The position numbers and the translations under genes are program-made. The notes under the pieces are model-generated. The model ran no database searches. It saw nothing but the letters and a program-made list of their open reading frames with translations, and had not been told where the DNA came from. 64,000 bases of DNA from Candidatus Bathyarchaeota archaeon (GTDB lineage Archaea > Thermoproteota > Bathyarchaeia > Bathyarchaeales > Bathycorpusculaceae): NCBI GenBank assembly GCA_963775685.1, contig CAVZJV010000014.1, forward strand, positions 1,856,001 through 1,920,000. Reading direction: 5' to 3'. Shown piece by piece: positions 50,547 to 60,501 of the stretch (its first letter is position 1; the number at the start of each line of letters is the position of its first letter).

Positions 50547-52043
50547 TTGCTAAGTTTTCCAACAGGTGCATCTCATTTTTGCAACATCCATTCAGGCAGT
50601 TCGCAGAATATTCTGCTTGTTTTTCCAGGAAAATTCAAAGCACCTGACCCTCAGGTTCCGCTTTCATTGTTGCATATTGCAGCTTCGCTTAAGCAAGACG
50701 GTTTTAACGTGCGTATTCTTGATATGCGCCTCGAAGACTTTCACCATTTTGAGGTTGGCGACCCTGTTTTTGTTGGAATAAGTTGCATGAGCGGTTTACA
50801 AATTAAGTACGCTTTAGAGTTTGCCCGATACGTGAGGGTGCATAATCCTTCTTGTCCGCTTGTTTGGGGCGGCGTTCATCCGACGCTTTTGCCTGAGCAA
50901 ACGGCAAGCAACGATTTTGTTGACATAGTTGTTCGGGGCGAAGGAGAATTAATAGTTAAAGACCTTGCAATTGCACTTGTCCTAAACCGACCGCTTAACG
51001 CTGTTGCAGGCATAACCTTTAGCCTCAACGGTTCAATCACAAGCACCCCAGACGGGAAAGTAATTGACTTAGATACAATTCCCATAGATTTGCCCTATGA
51101 GCTTATCCAAATAGAAAAATACCCATCTTTTAGGTCTGGACGTTTCCATATACAAACGAGCCGAGGGTGCCCCCACAGATGCGGCTTTTGTTACAACTCA
51201 ATATTCAACAAGAACCGTTGGCGAGGAAAAAGTGCAAAGCGCGTACTCGACGAAATCGAATACATACAAAAAGCCTATCCACATATCAAAATAATCGATC
51301 CAATCGATGACAACGTATTCGTTGATGAATGTCGCGTGAAGGAAATGTGCCAAGGGCTTATAGATAGAAAACTTAGTATTCAATGGAGGGCTAATTGCCG
51401 CTTTGATTACCTCGCCAACTACGATAAGAATTTTCTTGAACTTTTAGAGAAGGCTGGATGCGTTGAACTGGATTTTGGCGGTGAATCAGGTTCTGGGCGT
51501 CTTCAACAACTTATATGCAAGGATGTGACGGCTGATGAGATGTTGCAGTCCGTTGGTAATCTGAGGCGTTGGGCACCATCCATTGAGCCTTATGTTTCTT
51601 GGATGAGTGGTTTACCCGGAGAAACCGATGAAGATTTAGCAGAAACTTTTGACTTGATGGATAGGCTACGTGAGGAGAACCCTAAAACGCAGCATTTTGG
51701 CATTTTCGTCTACACCCCCTTTCCGAGTCCAGTTATGAAATATTTACCACAAGACTATATTTTGCCACAAACGCTTGAACAATGGGCGCGAGTTGATGTT
51801 TTCCAGTTCAGCCCTCCTTGGCACAGCAAAAAGAGAATAGAAAAACTCCATACAATTTCCTCTGTTGCGCGTTGTACTTTCTATCCGCAGTCAAGAATTA
51901 AGGATCGAGGTTTACCTTTCAAATTTTCTTATAGATTACTAAATAAGGTTGCAAGTTACAGGTGGCAGCACCGATATTTTGGCTTTCCAGTTGAACTGAA
52001 GATTGCCGATGCCGTTGCAAAGAAGTTTAAGGGGTTTCTTTAG
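50547..52043 (+). CDS. Cobalamin-binding radical SAM protein (class B)
   Basis: PLSLLHIAA, WGGVHPT, RGEGE, TSRGCPHRCGFC, GGESGS, GLPGET. Confidence 0.9.
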   Translation: MLSFPTGASHFCNIHSGSSQNILLVFPGKFKAPDPQVPLSLLHIAASLKQDGFNVRILDMRLEDFHHFEVGDPVFVGISCMSGLQIKYALEFARYVRVHNPSCPLVWGGVHPTLLPEQTASNDFVDIVVRGEGELIVKDLAIALVLNRPLNAVAGITFSLNGSITSTPDGKVIDLDTIPIDLPYELIQIEKYPSFRSGRFHIQTSRGCPHRCGFCYNSIFNKNRWRGKSAKRVLDEIEYIQKAYPHIKIIDPIDDNVFVDECRVKEMCQGLIDRKLSIQWRANCRFDYLANYDKNFLELLEKAGCVELDFGGESGSGRLQQLICKDVTADEMLQSVGNLRRWAPSIEPYVSWMSGLPGETDEDLAETFDLMDRLREENPKTQHFGIFVYTPFPSPVMKYLPQDYILPQTLEQWARVDVFQFSPPWHSKKRIEKLHTISSVARCTFYPQSRIKDRGLPFKFSYRLLNKVASYRWQHRYFGFPVELKIADAVAKKFKGFL

Positions 52044-52468
52044 GCACTGTAGTCTCGTCCTTCAGGTTTTGAGCTTACAGGTTTTCCAGCTTCAGGAATC
52101 TGCGGCAGCGGAATTGGTGGCGGAATATTTAACGTCCTTGAAATGAGCACTGACTCGATGAAAACAACATTGGATATAGATTGCATTATTATCTGCGCCG
52201 GAGGTTTCTTCTGATCGTAGTCCTTGAGAACTTTGTCAACTTCCCCTTTTTCACCATTTACATAGGCATTCCCTTTCAAGGTTAATTGCGCTATGGATGG
52301 GTTATATCCGATTGATAAAACAAATGGCACTTCCAACGATTCATCCTGTTTCCTTTCCATACCAACAATGTTAATGTTAGTGCTGATCTGGATAGGCGGG
52401 ATTGGCTTTCTAATATCCCAATGACGTTCAGCTGAAATGCTATTTATAACTACATTTACTCTAAGCAT
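52040..52468 (-). CDS. Conserved archaeal hypothetical protein (possible SecB-like fold)
   Basis: Four beta strands plus helices ending LNIPPPIPLP; follows rps27ae. Confidence 0.65.
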   Translation of the reverse strand: MLRVNVVINSISAERHWDIRKPIPPIQISTNINIVGMERKQDESLEVPFVLSIGYNPSIAQLTLKGNAYVNGEKGEVDKVLKDYDQKKPPAQIIMQSISNVVFIESVLISRTLNIPPPIPLPQIPEAGKPVSSKPEGRDYSA

Positions 52469-52513
52469 TATGGGTCAAAAAAGAATAATTGCGATTGAAA
52501 GATTTAAAACTGC

Positions 52514-52774
52514 TTATTTCGGTTTATAACGAGTAAACCCACAGTGACCGCAAGTATATCTCTGTTGGTGGTCTGCCATGAAATATCCTGGTCCGCATCG
52601 CTCACATGTCGGGCGTGTCCTTGAAAGTTTTTCACCTTCAGCCTTGTACATGAAATGAACGCCTTTTTCATCTTTCTGTTTCTTTTCACTTTTACCTTTT
52701 TCTGTTTTCTTTGTTGATGCTGCTACTTCAGTTGGAGCTTCTTCTTTCTTTGGAGGCGTTGGTTTTGCTGGCAT
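52514..52774 (-). CDS. rps27ae: 30S ribosomal protein S27ae
   Basis: CERCGPGYFMADH..RYTCGHCG. Confidence 0.95.
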   Translation of the reverse strand: MPAKPTPPKKEEAPTEVAASTKKTEKGKSEKKQKDEKGVHFMYKAEGEKLSRTRPTCERCGPGYFMADHQQRYTCGHCGFTRYKPK

Positions 52775-53085
52775 TATGCGGTCGCCTCTTCTTTGGGCTT
52801 TTCAGGTGGACTATTACGTTTCCTAATGTATTCAGGCTCAACGATTTTTGCTTGATTAACGGACTTGTAAACGTTAGCAGCTCCCACAGTTGTGCTAGTT
52901 CCAGTTTTGGTGCGCATTCTCTTAATGAAAACGACATCGTCACCAATCTGAAGTTCAACGGCTAAAGCTTTCTTTACTTCTAGCCTTTGGGGCGTTTTCT
53001 CTTTAGGACCAGAAATAATTGTGAAACCTACTTCCTTCCGTTTTAAAAGCGGATTATCCTTGGTTGAATCTATTTTGACTTGCAT
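52774..53085 (-). CDS. rps24e: 30S ribosomal protein S24e
   Basis: NPLLKRKE, TP.R.EV, EPEYIRKRN. Confidence 0.94.
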   Translation of the reverse strand: MQVKIDSTKDNPLLKRKEVGFTIISGPKEKTPQRLEVKKALAVELQIGDDVVFIKRMRTKTGTSTTVGAANVYKSVNQAKIVEPEYIRKRNSPPEKPKEEATA

Positions 53086-53128
53086 TAATGTTCACTTAAG
53101 GCGGTATTTCATACAAGAATCTTCTTAT

Positions 53129-53662
53129 TTAGCTTTTCGAAGATTTCATAGCGTTTAGGAACTTCTGGGCTCGAGCTTTTACCTCAAAAGTGACTTTAAC
53201 AACCACAATGCCACAATAAGGCTGCCCATAGACCACAAAAGCATTTTTTGGTGCATACAAAACCGCTATAAGAGTGAGTAAATCTTCCTCACCCTTAACT
53301 ACTATGTGTGTGTGTTCATCTCTGTCTAAAGCTTCCTTTACTGCAGAAATGGCTTGATGAGTTATTGTTCCCTGCGGGTTATCTACATAAACCGTTTTCT
53401 CTACTGCTTCCTCTTCTTCAGGAATTGCTTGATTTCTTAATGAAATGTTGTCGATAATCGTTAGTTGCGGCTCAATGCCATTTTTGTGGAGGTTACGGGA
53501 GACAACATCTCCAACAGAAATTATTTTCGGCGGCTTTTCTTTTTCAACCAATTCCTTCATTTTAGCCATCGTTTCTTCAGGTACACCTTCAATGAAGCTG
53601 CCGAAGGGTTCTTTTAGTTTAATGCGAAGCTCTGGCGTTATTGCATAAGCTGTTGTCATCAT
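53129..53662 (-). CDS. GTP-dependent dephospho-CoA kinase (DUF359)
   Basis: LKEPFG, VGDVVS, NPQGTI, GEEDLL, YGQP. Confidence 0.92.
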   Translation of the reverse strand: MMTTAYAITPELRIKLKEPFGSFIEGVPEETMAKMKELVEKEKPPKIISVGDVVSRNLHKNGIEPQLTIIDNISLRNQAIPEEEEAVEKTVYVDNPQGTITHQAISAVKEALDRDEHTHIVVKGEEDLLTLIAVLYAPKNAFVVYGQPYCGIVVVKVTFEVKARAQKFLNAMKSSKS

Positions 53663-53724
53663 TTGAACCTGCAAAAAAGAAGATGCCTGGTAGGTTATGA
53701 AGCTACCGCGGACACCAAAAAGGG

Positions 53725-53910
53725 TTAACGTACTTTTAAGGCGTATCTGCCTTTCTCTTTAATATTCATCGCCTTAGCGATGGCGGAGTTTTCTGGATCG
53801 AACATAACCACTAAGCCGCTGAAATCTTCACTAAAATTGGTTGATTTGCATCTTGAGCAAACATTATCTTTTGTTATGTAATGGCAGTTTGAACATGCTT
53901 TTTCACTCAT
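53725..53910 (-). CDS. spt4: Transcription elongation factor Spt4 (RpoE2)
   Basis: ACSNC...CSRC, DPENSAIA, GRYALKV. Confidence 0.94.
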   Translation of the reverse strand: MSEKACSNCHYITKDNVCSRCKSTNFSEDFSGLVVMFDPENSAIAKAMNIKEKGRYALKVR

Positions 53911-53927
53911 TCAACACAACTCCTTGC

Positions 53928-54515
53928 TTATGCAGCTTTCTCGGGGCTTTCGGTAGCTTTCTTTTCAGACCCTTTGCTTTGATCCATCTTTAGCCAGTCC
54001 AATTTACCTAGGAAAGGTTGCCTTGCTGTAACGCCAATTTTGCCTGAGCTGCCAATTCTGCCAAGAGACACAGCAGTTATTCTGACGCGCACTTGGTCGC
54101 CTGTTGTTAGTTTACGTTTGCTTTCTTTTCCCAGAAGAACTCCTTGTTTTTCATCGTATGAAATATAGTCGTCCATAAGCTGCGAGACGTGAAGCAAAGC
54201 GTCTACTGGTCCAATACGAACGAAAGCGCCAAAATCAGCGATTTCAACTACGTCGCCCTCAACTACCTCTTGAATTATTGGGTAGAATGCTAGTAGAGAA
54301 AAGGTTACCTTGTGGAATGTTGCGCCGTCGCCAGGTATTATTTTGCCAATTGGGCTAACTTGAATACCTGTGACTGCAATTACGTATCCTAATTCTTCGT
54401 CCACGATTCCTTCGTATTTTTGCTTTACCTGTTCCCGGCCGACTTTTTCAAGTGGCTTTCCGAAGGTTTCTGGTGGAATGCGGATAGTGTCTTGAAGAGT
54501 AATTAGTTTAAACAT
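53928..54515 (-). CDS. rpo7: RNA polymerase subunit Rpo7 (RpoE1)
   Basis: IRIPP, PGDGA, FGAFVRIGPVDALLHVSQ, RQPFLGK. Confidence 0.96.
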   Translation of the reverse strand: MFKLITLQDTIRIPPETFGKPLEKVGREQVKQKYEGIVDEELGYVIAVTGIQVSPIGKIIPGDGATFHKVTFSLLAFYPIIQEVVEGDVVEIADFGAFVRIGPVDALLHVSQLMDDYISYDEKQGVLLGKESKRKLTTGDQVRVRITAVSLGRIGSSGKIGVTARQPFLGKLDWLKMDQSKGSEKKATESPEKAA

Positions 54516-54944
54516 CTAAGATATCAACCCGTCAATGTCTAGACGCGATTTTTGTCTGACATAAATCACTGGCACACTTATATCTCTTAGCCTCAACTTT
54601 AGCTGTCTGTCGTTCGTAAATACTGGAGAATTCCAATTTTTAGCTACCCTCACGATCGCATCATCGATAGTTGTTTTATTGTCGTTTTCAACTGGCACAA
54701 GCTTGCATTTTTCTGCAAGTTTCAACGCAAATAAGGCTTCCCTGCGGATTCTAGGAGAATCCTTGGTTGCCAGCATCTCAAGTTCACGTTTAATGGGCGA
54801 GAGCAAAACAAAATCCACGTTTCGATTTAAAAGCTGCTTAACTTCTTTAAAAATGTCAATTTTTAGCTCCAGCGGGACAAAAAAGGCGTTGGAATCTAAA
54901 ATCACTTTCAGAGGTTCAATTTTTTTAGGTGTTGAAACCAACAA
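54516..54944 (-). CDS. PIN-domain protein (Fcf1/Utp24-like)
   Basis: VILDSN, DDAIV, FTNDRQLK; conserved eIF2g-PIN-rpoE order. Confidence 0.88.
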   Translation of the reverse strand: MLVSTPKKIEPLKVILDSNAFFVPLELKIDIFKEVKQLLNRNVDFVLLSPIKRELEMLATKDSPRIRREALFALKLAEKCKLVPVENDNKTTIDDAIVRVAKNWNSPVFTNDRQLKLRLRDISVPVIYVRQKSRLDIDGLIS

Positions 54945-55062
54945 ATGGATGCTCCTGTTTCTTAGCTCTTTAATCTAGCGTTAAAACATTTTGTTTTGAA
55001 GGCGTTAGCTTATATTTGCTATTACTTTAAATAGATAGAATAATTGATTTTAGCTAAACTGG

Positions 55063-55503
55063 GTGAATGTAGTGATTCGCGAGAAATCATGCGGCGCCGT
55101 GGTGTTCGTAAAAAAGGAAGATCAAACACTGTATCTTCTTCTCAATTATGCCGCAAGGCATTGGGATTTCGTGAAAGGCAACGTGGAGCAAAATGAGACT
55201 GAAAAGGAGACCACAATTAGGGAACTTGAAGAAGAAACGGGCATAACTGATGCGGTCTTTGTTGAAGGCTTTAAAGAAACCATTGCTTACTTCTACCGAA
55301 GGCAAGGTTTAACGGTTCACAAGGAGGTCGTGTTCTTCATTATGAAGTCTTGTACAGAGAAGGTAACATTGTCTTTTGAGCACATAGGCTACGTCTGGCT
55401 GGATTATGAGCATGCGATGGAGAAACTAAACTTCAAAAACGCGAAAGATGTGCTCCAGAAAGCACATGAGTTCCTAAAGAAACAGGGAATAATAAAAGAA
55501 TAG
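55063..55503 (+). CDS. NUDIX hydrolase (Ap4A hydrolase-like)
   Basis: SCGAVVF, HWDFVKG.VE..E......RELEEETG, LSFEH. Confidence 0.9.
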   Translation: MNVVIREKSCGAVVFVKKEDQTLYLLLNYAARHWDFVKGNVEQNETEKETTIRELEEETGITDAVFVEGFKETIAYFYRRQGLTVHKEVVFFIMKSCTEKVTLSFEHIGYVWLDYEHAMEKLNFKNAKDVLQKAHEFLKKQGIIKE

Positions 55504-55505
55504 GC

Positions 55506-56753
55506 CTATTTTACGAGTCCGTAGCCAATGAGTCTCCACCTGGCAGTAATCTTTCTGCTGATGGCAACTCTTGAATCCGGCAAGGCACAAATTGGTCTAG
55601 TCAACTTTACCTTAATTATGTTCTGCTTAATTGAGACAACTTTACCAACATTCACCGCGGAACCAACATGGAGCAGAAGAGCTTCATCTGGGTTAATTTT
55701 TTCAACTTTCTGCAACTCCTTAGTTCCCACGACACGTTCCAAAACATGCGTTTCCAACGTTAACTCGGTAAGTGTTGGTGGAAGCTGCCCTGTTTTTCCT
55801 GCGATACTGCCTGTTAAGCCGTCGGCTTTCGAGTAAGATGGGTCAAGCAATGTTCCCACTCCGACTAGTCCGCCACATGTGGCTTCTTTTGCATCTTGGT
55901 TGCCCGCTTGGAGGCTGATTATTTCGCTAATTAAAGGGTCATATACTGTTTTGCCTTCCCGTTCAGCCATCACGCCTGGGCGTATTTCTATTTCTTCTCC
56001 AACGATGAATTTGCCTTGCGCTATGGTTCCTCCGATTATGCCACCTTCTAGTCCTTCGATGGTTGTTCCAGGCTTGTTCACGTCAAAGGAGCGGATGATG
56101 AACATCATCGGCGGCTTTGTTTCATCCCTCTTTGGCGTAGGAATGAGGGTTTGTATTGCGGTTAGAAGTACGTCGATGTTTATTCCGCGTTGAGCCGAGA
56201 TTGGAATTATCGGGGCGTTTTCCGCTACCGTGCCTTTGACGAAGGCCTTGATTTCCTTGTAGCTCTCCACGGCCCGTTTCTCATCAACAATGTCGATTTT
56301 GTTTTGTACGATAATCAGGTTCTTTATGCCACTGACTTCTGCGGCTGCGAGATGCTCTCGTGTCTGCGGTTGAGGACAAGGCTCATCAGCTGCAATCACC
56401 AAGATTGCGCCGTCCATAATTGCTGCGCCGCTGAGCATGGTAGCCATCAAGGCTTCATGTCCGGGTGCGTCAACAAAGCTTATGGCGCGGACAAATTCTG
56501 CTTCTGAGTTGCAGCCTTCGCAATAAGGCTTGATGGTGTAGTTTTTTGGGGGTTCGCATTTGGGGCATTTGTAGATGGGCATGTCGGCGTAGCCGAGTTT
56601 TATGGTGATGCCCCTTTTGAGTTCTTCACTGTGGCGTGACGCCCAAGTTCCTGTTAACGATTGAACTAAAGTAGTTTTTCCATGGTCAACATGTCCGATG
56701 GTGCCAATGTTGACTTCCGGTTGCTTAGGCAAGGCTTTACTAGTGTTACTCAT
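55506..56753 (-). CDS. eif2g: Translation initiation factor aIF2 gamma
   Basis: GHVDHGKTT, RGITIKLGY, DAPGHE, NKID, RWRLIGYG. Confidence 0.97.
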   Translation of the reverse strand: MSNTSKALPKQPEVNIGTIGHVDHGKTTLVQSLTGTWASRHSEELKRGITIKLGYADMPIYKCPKCEPPKNYTIKPYCEGCNSEAEFVRAISFVDAPGHEALMATMLSGAAIMDGAILVIAADEPCPQPQTREHLAAAEVSGIKNLIIVQNKIDIVDEKRAVESYKEIKAFVKGTVAENAPIIPISAQRGINIDVLLTAIQTLIPTPKRDETKPPMMFIIRSFDVNKPGTTIEGLEGGIIGGTIAQGKFIVGEEIEIRPGVMAEREGKTVYDPLISEIISLQAGNQDAKEATCGGLVGVGTLLDPSYSKADGLTGSIAGKTGQLPPTLTELTLETHVLERVVGTKELQKVEKINPDEALLLHVGSAVNVGKVVSIKQNIIKVKLTRPICALPDSRVAISRKITARWRLIGYGLVK

Positions 56754-56843
56754 AGTATTCTTCTTCTTTCCAATAAATGCTGGCGAATAAATGATGAATT
56801 AATTATGCGAGTTTATAAGGTTTAAGCATGCACAAAAGCAAAA

Positions 56844-57245
56844 TTACTGTTTAGGTGCTTGCTCAGCTTTTGCTTCTGGCGCTTTTGCCGCTGAGGCTGG
56901 TCTTTCAGTGATTTTCATGTTGATTTGTGCAATTTCATCGGTAATTATATTTCCGCGGACTGTTTTGCGTTTTCTCTCGCCTTTTTTCTTTGGGCTAAAA
57001 CCTGCTCCGCCGCTTAGCACAACTCTTCTGCGTACACCGCCATGAACGTTTCCCCTCATGGGAACGCCGTCTTTGTCGGAGCCGCCTAGGAGCTGTACTG
57101 TGTGTGCTGGTAAATCAACAACTGAGCCATCCATGGTTTCGCCTAATCTTCTGCCTATGAAGGGGGCTGCGCGTGTTTCTTCAAGCTCAACTACTTTGGA
57201 TGTTCCAGCTTGGGGATCCGAAACTATTACCTTAAACTTTGCCAT
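56844..57245 (-). CDS. rps6e: 30S ribosomal protein S6e
   Basis: FKVIVSDP, GGSDKDG.PM, GERKRKTVRG. Confidence 0.96.
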   Translation of the reverse strand: MAKFKVIVSDPQAGTSKVVELEETRAAPFIGRRLGETMDGSVVDLPAHTVQLLGGSDKDGVPMRGNVHGGVRRRVVLSGGAGFSPKKKGERKRKTVRGNIITDEIAQINMKITERPASAAKAPEAKAEQAPKQ

Positions 57246-57379
57246 GATATTCTCTCCAGCGGAGTATGAAGTTGGCTGGTCTCTCTATTAAGTATTTATG
57301 CAACTTTTTCTCTCCAAAGCACATCTATAAGCAAGTTCACATTATGGGGGTAAAAGTTTTAATCTAACTGTGAAGTGGG

Positions 57380-58624
57380 TTGAGTGCTATGTGGCGGCTA
57401 GGGTTCTTCTTTCACGAGATAGCGTTTGGGCTATTGAGCGTTTTCATTCCGCTCTACTTGGTGGCTTTCGAGGACACGAGCATTCTTGGTGGTCCACTTG
57501 TCGCGTTGGGCGCAATGACCTCAATTGCTATTTTTTGCTCAATTCCTGCCTCCTTTCTATGGGGCTACCTCTGTGACTCTACACGGCACTACAAAGCATT
57601 TATTCTTCTATCCTTTCTTTCTTCGGCGATAATTCTCTTTTTGATGGCTTTACCCTTTGCCCAAAATATCGTCATCTTTGTGATCATGTACGTGGTCATG
57701 CAGGTGCTCCATGTCTCACATGAAGCGCCAAAAAACATCCTCATCGCCGAACACTACAGTCGCGAAGACTGGGAAAAATCCTACGGTTTCTATGAAGGAA
57801 TCACAGAAATAGGCTTCATAGCTGGGCTAGCGATTGGATTGATACTGACTATTGGGTTGTTCGCGTTTACAGCAGCTCTTAGCTCAACAGTCTTGGCACA
57901 ATATACACTTTATTTGTGTAGTGTTTTGAGCTTGGTTGCCTTCATATTTTCCGTTGCTTTGATTGCTGACCCTTTGATGATTTTTGAGCGGCGGCTGGTA
58001 GGCATGGAGAGAAAGCTAAATTTTACCTCTCGAGGAATAGAATCCTATAGCATGCGATGGAAAGTTTCCCTTAAACAAGAAAGTTTCCCAGGGTTCGCTT
58101 TTGCAATAGTAATATTTTCGTTGGCGACGAGCCTCTTCTTTACTCCCCTGCCAATTTACCTAAAAGAGATCTTCAACGGACAGGCTAGCATGGTTTATGT
58201 TGCTTACATTCTAAACTCGGTTGGGGCAACACTTGGCTACTTCTTGATTCGGAACCGAGCAAGAACCATGGATACAAGAAAACAAATGCCTCGATTTGTC
58301 CTCGCCCGAGGGCTTCTAATATTTCTCCTAGTAGCCGTTATCGAGCTTGCTTTTTCACCCACGATTTTGACTAGCTTATTCCTTGTTTTCATAGGTTTCG
58401 CCTATGCCGTCTACTTCATTATGATGATTTCTCTGTCAATGGAACTCATTCCTGAAGGAAAATCAGGCTATTTTGACGGTTTTGTCGGTTTGGGTGCTGG
58501 CATAGGCTCTTTCCTTGGACCTTTTCTAGCTGAATATCTAACTTATCTTCCGACCTTCATAATTGCAGGTGTTGGTTTTTTCTGTGCGTACTTAATACTG
58601 AAGATTTTTGCGATTAAAAACTAA
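57380..58624 (+). CDS. MFS transporter
   Basis: About 12 TM segments, WGYLCD motif A-like, P..K.G. Confidence 0.85.
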   Translation: MSAMWRLGFFFHEIAFGLLSVFIPLYLVAFEDTSILGGPLVALGAMTSIAIFCSIPASFLWGYLCDSTRHYKAFILLSFLSSAIILFLMALPFAQNIVIFVIMYVVMQVLHVSHEAPKNILIAEHYSREDWEKSYGFYEGITEIGFIAGLAIGLILTIGLFAFTAALSSTVLAQYTLYLCSVLSLVAFIFSVALIADPLMIFERRLVGMERKLNFTSRGIESYSMRWKVSLKQESFPGFAFAIVIFSLATSLFFTPLPIYLKEIFNGQASMVYVAYILNSVGATLGYFLIRNRARTMDTRKQMPRFVLARGLLIFLLVAVIELAFSPTILTSLFLVFIGFAYAVYFIMMISLSMELIPEGKSGYFDGFVGLGAGIGSFLGPFLAEYLTYLPTFIIAGVGFFCAYLILKIFAIKN

Positions 58625-58669
58625 AAAATAGAAAAGAAAGGGTTGAGCGAGTTTTCGCTAAGTTTAGGT

Positions 58670-60109
58670 TTATTCTGTGTGGACTCTGTATAAGTCGACG
58701 TCTTCACGCATGCTGGGTGTTAATTCGAGGAAGTCTCGTACTGATCGTTCAATGTCTTTGGATTGTGTAACGTATCTTCCGACGATGAGTATGTCTGCGC
58801 CCTGCTCTAGTGCTTCTTTAGCTGTTTCTGGCACTATGCCGCCTGCTACTGCGATTAGGTATTTCCTGTTGGGGAAAGCTTGGCGTATGAGTTTTATGCG
58901 TTCTAACCCGCAGGTTCTGCCGCTTTCCTGATCGATGCCTCTGTGTAAGATGACTATGTCTGGGAGGTCTTTGAGGGACTTCAGTTTGCCCAACACGTCA
59001 TCAACGTTTAGCATGTCGATAACTGCGTAGATTCCAAGGCGTCTGGCTTCTTGAACTGTTGCGTCAAGGGTCTCGGGTGGTGCTAAGCCCGCTGCGACAA
59101 CTGCGTCTGCGGTGTCCTCATAGGCAATGTCTACTTCCACTTTGCCTACATCAAGCGTTTTGAGGTCTGCAATAATGAATTTGTCTTTGGCGATTTTTCG
59201 TAATTCGTTGATGCCTCTTGTACCGTAGCGTTTAATGAGTGGTGTTCCGACTTCAAGGATGATTCTGTCGCTTCCGGGCAGTTGTTCAATCACCTTCTTT
59301 GCCCCTTCAAGTGAGGGTGCATCAAGTGCAATTTGTAGGTACGGAGGTCTCCATAGGCGTGGAACTTTGAAGCCCATGATTGGGTGCTTTGCGCGGTCTT
59401 TGTCATAGTTTATCTTGTCTAATGTTGGGTACTTCTTGAGCGCACGTTGCAACGCCATTTTTGTTGCGCCATAGTTATACTGGTATATCTTCCTGTAGTC
59501 TACTGCTTTAGGGTGAATGAATACGCTGCAGATGATAACCCATTCATCTAGTTTGTTTGCTGGGATTATTCCTTCTTCGGATGCATCAGCAATTGCTTTT
59601 GCAACTGCGGCTTGTGCGGGACCGAAAATTTTGCCCGTGTCTTCCATATTTTTGATAGTGACTTTTGGAACGATTAGTGTATGTGGTTTTGGCGGCAGGT
59701 TAGGTCTAATAACTGCCAGAACTGGTGTGTGGCCAGCTGAGAGCTGTGTCATGCCATTTGCGAACGCTTGTCCAATAGGTCCATTTTTGTCTCCTATCAT
59801 GAGGTCGATGTGCGCAACTTCATTTCCTTCTCCTAACAGCGATTCGCCAATTAAATATGTAGGTCCTGAATTTTCCTCAGCTTCGTCCGCTATTGTCGGT
59901 ATGCGGTCAACGATTTCTTTGAAATCGACATTGAACTCCTTTAACCATGAGTAAATAGTGTCCCGGTGAATGTCTATTTCTTTTGCTGTTCCGACAACTG
60001 TCGGTTTTGTCGGCTTTCCTTTGGAGCCAACTTCTTTCTTTGCCGCCTCAGTCAACATTTTTATAAGTTCATTTCTTGATTCTGGCTTTTTAACGTCTGC
60101 TCTCGACAT
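58670..60109 (-). CDS. fae-hps: Bifunctional formaldehyde-activating enzyme/3-hexulose-6-phosphate synthase with N-terminal HTH
   Basis: GESLLGEGNEVAHIDL, FGPAQAAVAKA, VFIHP, YNYGAT (Fae); LQIALD, EVGTPL, ADLKTLDVG, HRGID, AGG, VGR (Hps). Confidence 0.92.
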   Translation of the reverse strand: MSRADVKKPESRNELIKMLTEAAKKEVGSKGKPTKPTVVGTAKEIDIHRDTIYSWLKEFNVDFKEIVDRIPTIADEAEENSGPTYLIGESLLGEGNEVAHIDLMIGDKNGPIGQAFANGMTQLSAGHTPVLAVIRPNLPPKPHTLIVPKVTIKNMEDTGKIFGPAQAAVAKAIADASEEGIIPANKLDEWVIICSVFIHPKAVDYRKIYQYNYGATKMALQRALKKYPTLDKINYDKDRAKHPIMGFKVPRLWRPPYLQIALDAPSLEGAKKVIEQLPGSDRIILEVGTPLIKRYGTRGINELRKIAKDKFIIADLKTLDVGKVEVDIAYEDTADAVVAAGLAPPETLDATVQEARRLGIYAVIDMLNVDDVLGKLKSLKDLPDIVILHRGIDQESGRTCGLERIKLIRQAFPNRKYLIAVAGGIVPETAKEALEQGADILIVGRYVTQSKDIERSVRDFLELTPSMREDVDLYRVHTE

Positions 60110-60318
60110 TTTATTTGCCTCGAACGCAGTCTGTATGTAATCGCGTATATAAGACTGTCGGATATGCTTAGTCAGATTCAAGTTGGCCGCATTGTTTTTA
60201 GCGGTGAATTGTCGTTTTTGTTTCTTTATTTGATGGCGCAATCTCACATTGTTTGATTTTTGGTAAATCTTTATATCTGAAGGGTCTTATTGAATGGCTA
60301 ACTTTACGAGGAGTTTCA

Positions 60319-60501
60319 ATGTCTTACACTGACTGGGCATTGTTAGGTTTATTCATTCTTGGTTTCATACTGTTCTTATATGGCGCCAACACCTACAATG
60401 CAATCGTCGGATACAGCGGAGTCTACTTATTCATAGGGTCAATAGTAGCTTACCTTATCCTTTACATCTACAAAGAAATCAGTAAGAAGAAGCCCGTTTA
60501 A
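60319..60501 (+). CDS. Small two-TM membrane protein
   Basis: GAGGAG SD before ATG; MSYTDWALLGLFILG...YKEISKKKPV. Confidence 0.7.
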   Translation: MSYTDWALLGLFILGFILFLYGANTYNAIVGYSGVYLFIGSIVAYLILYIYKEISKKKPV

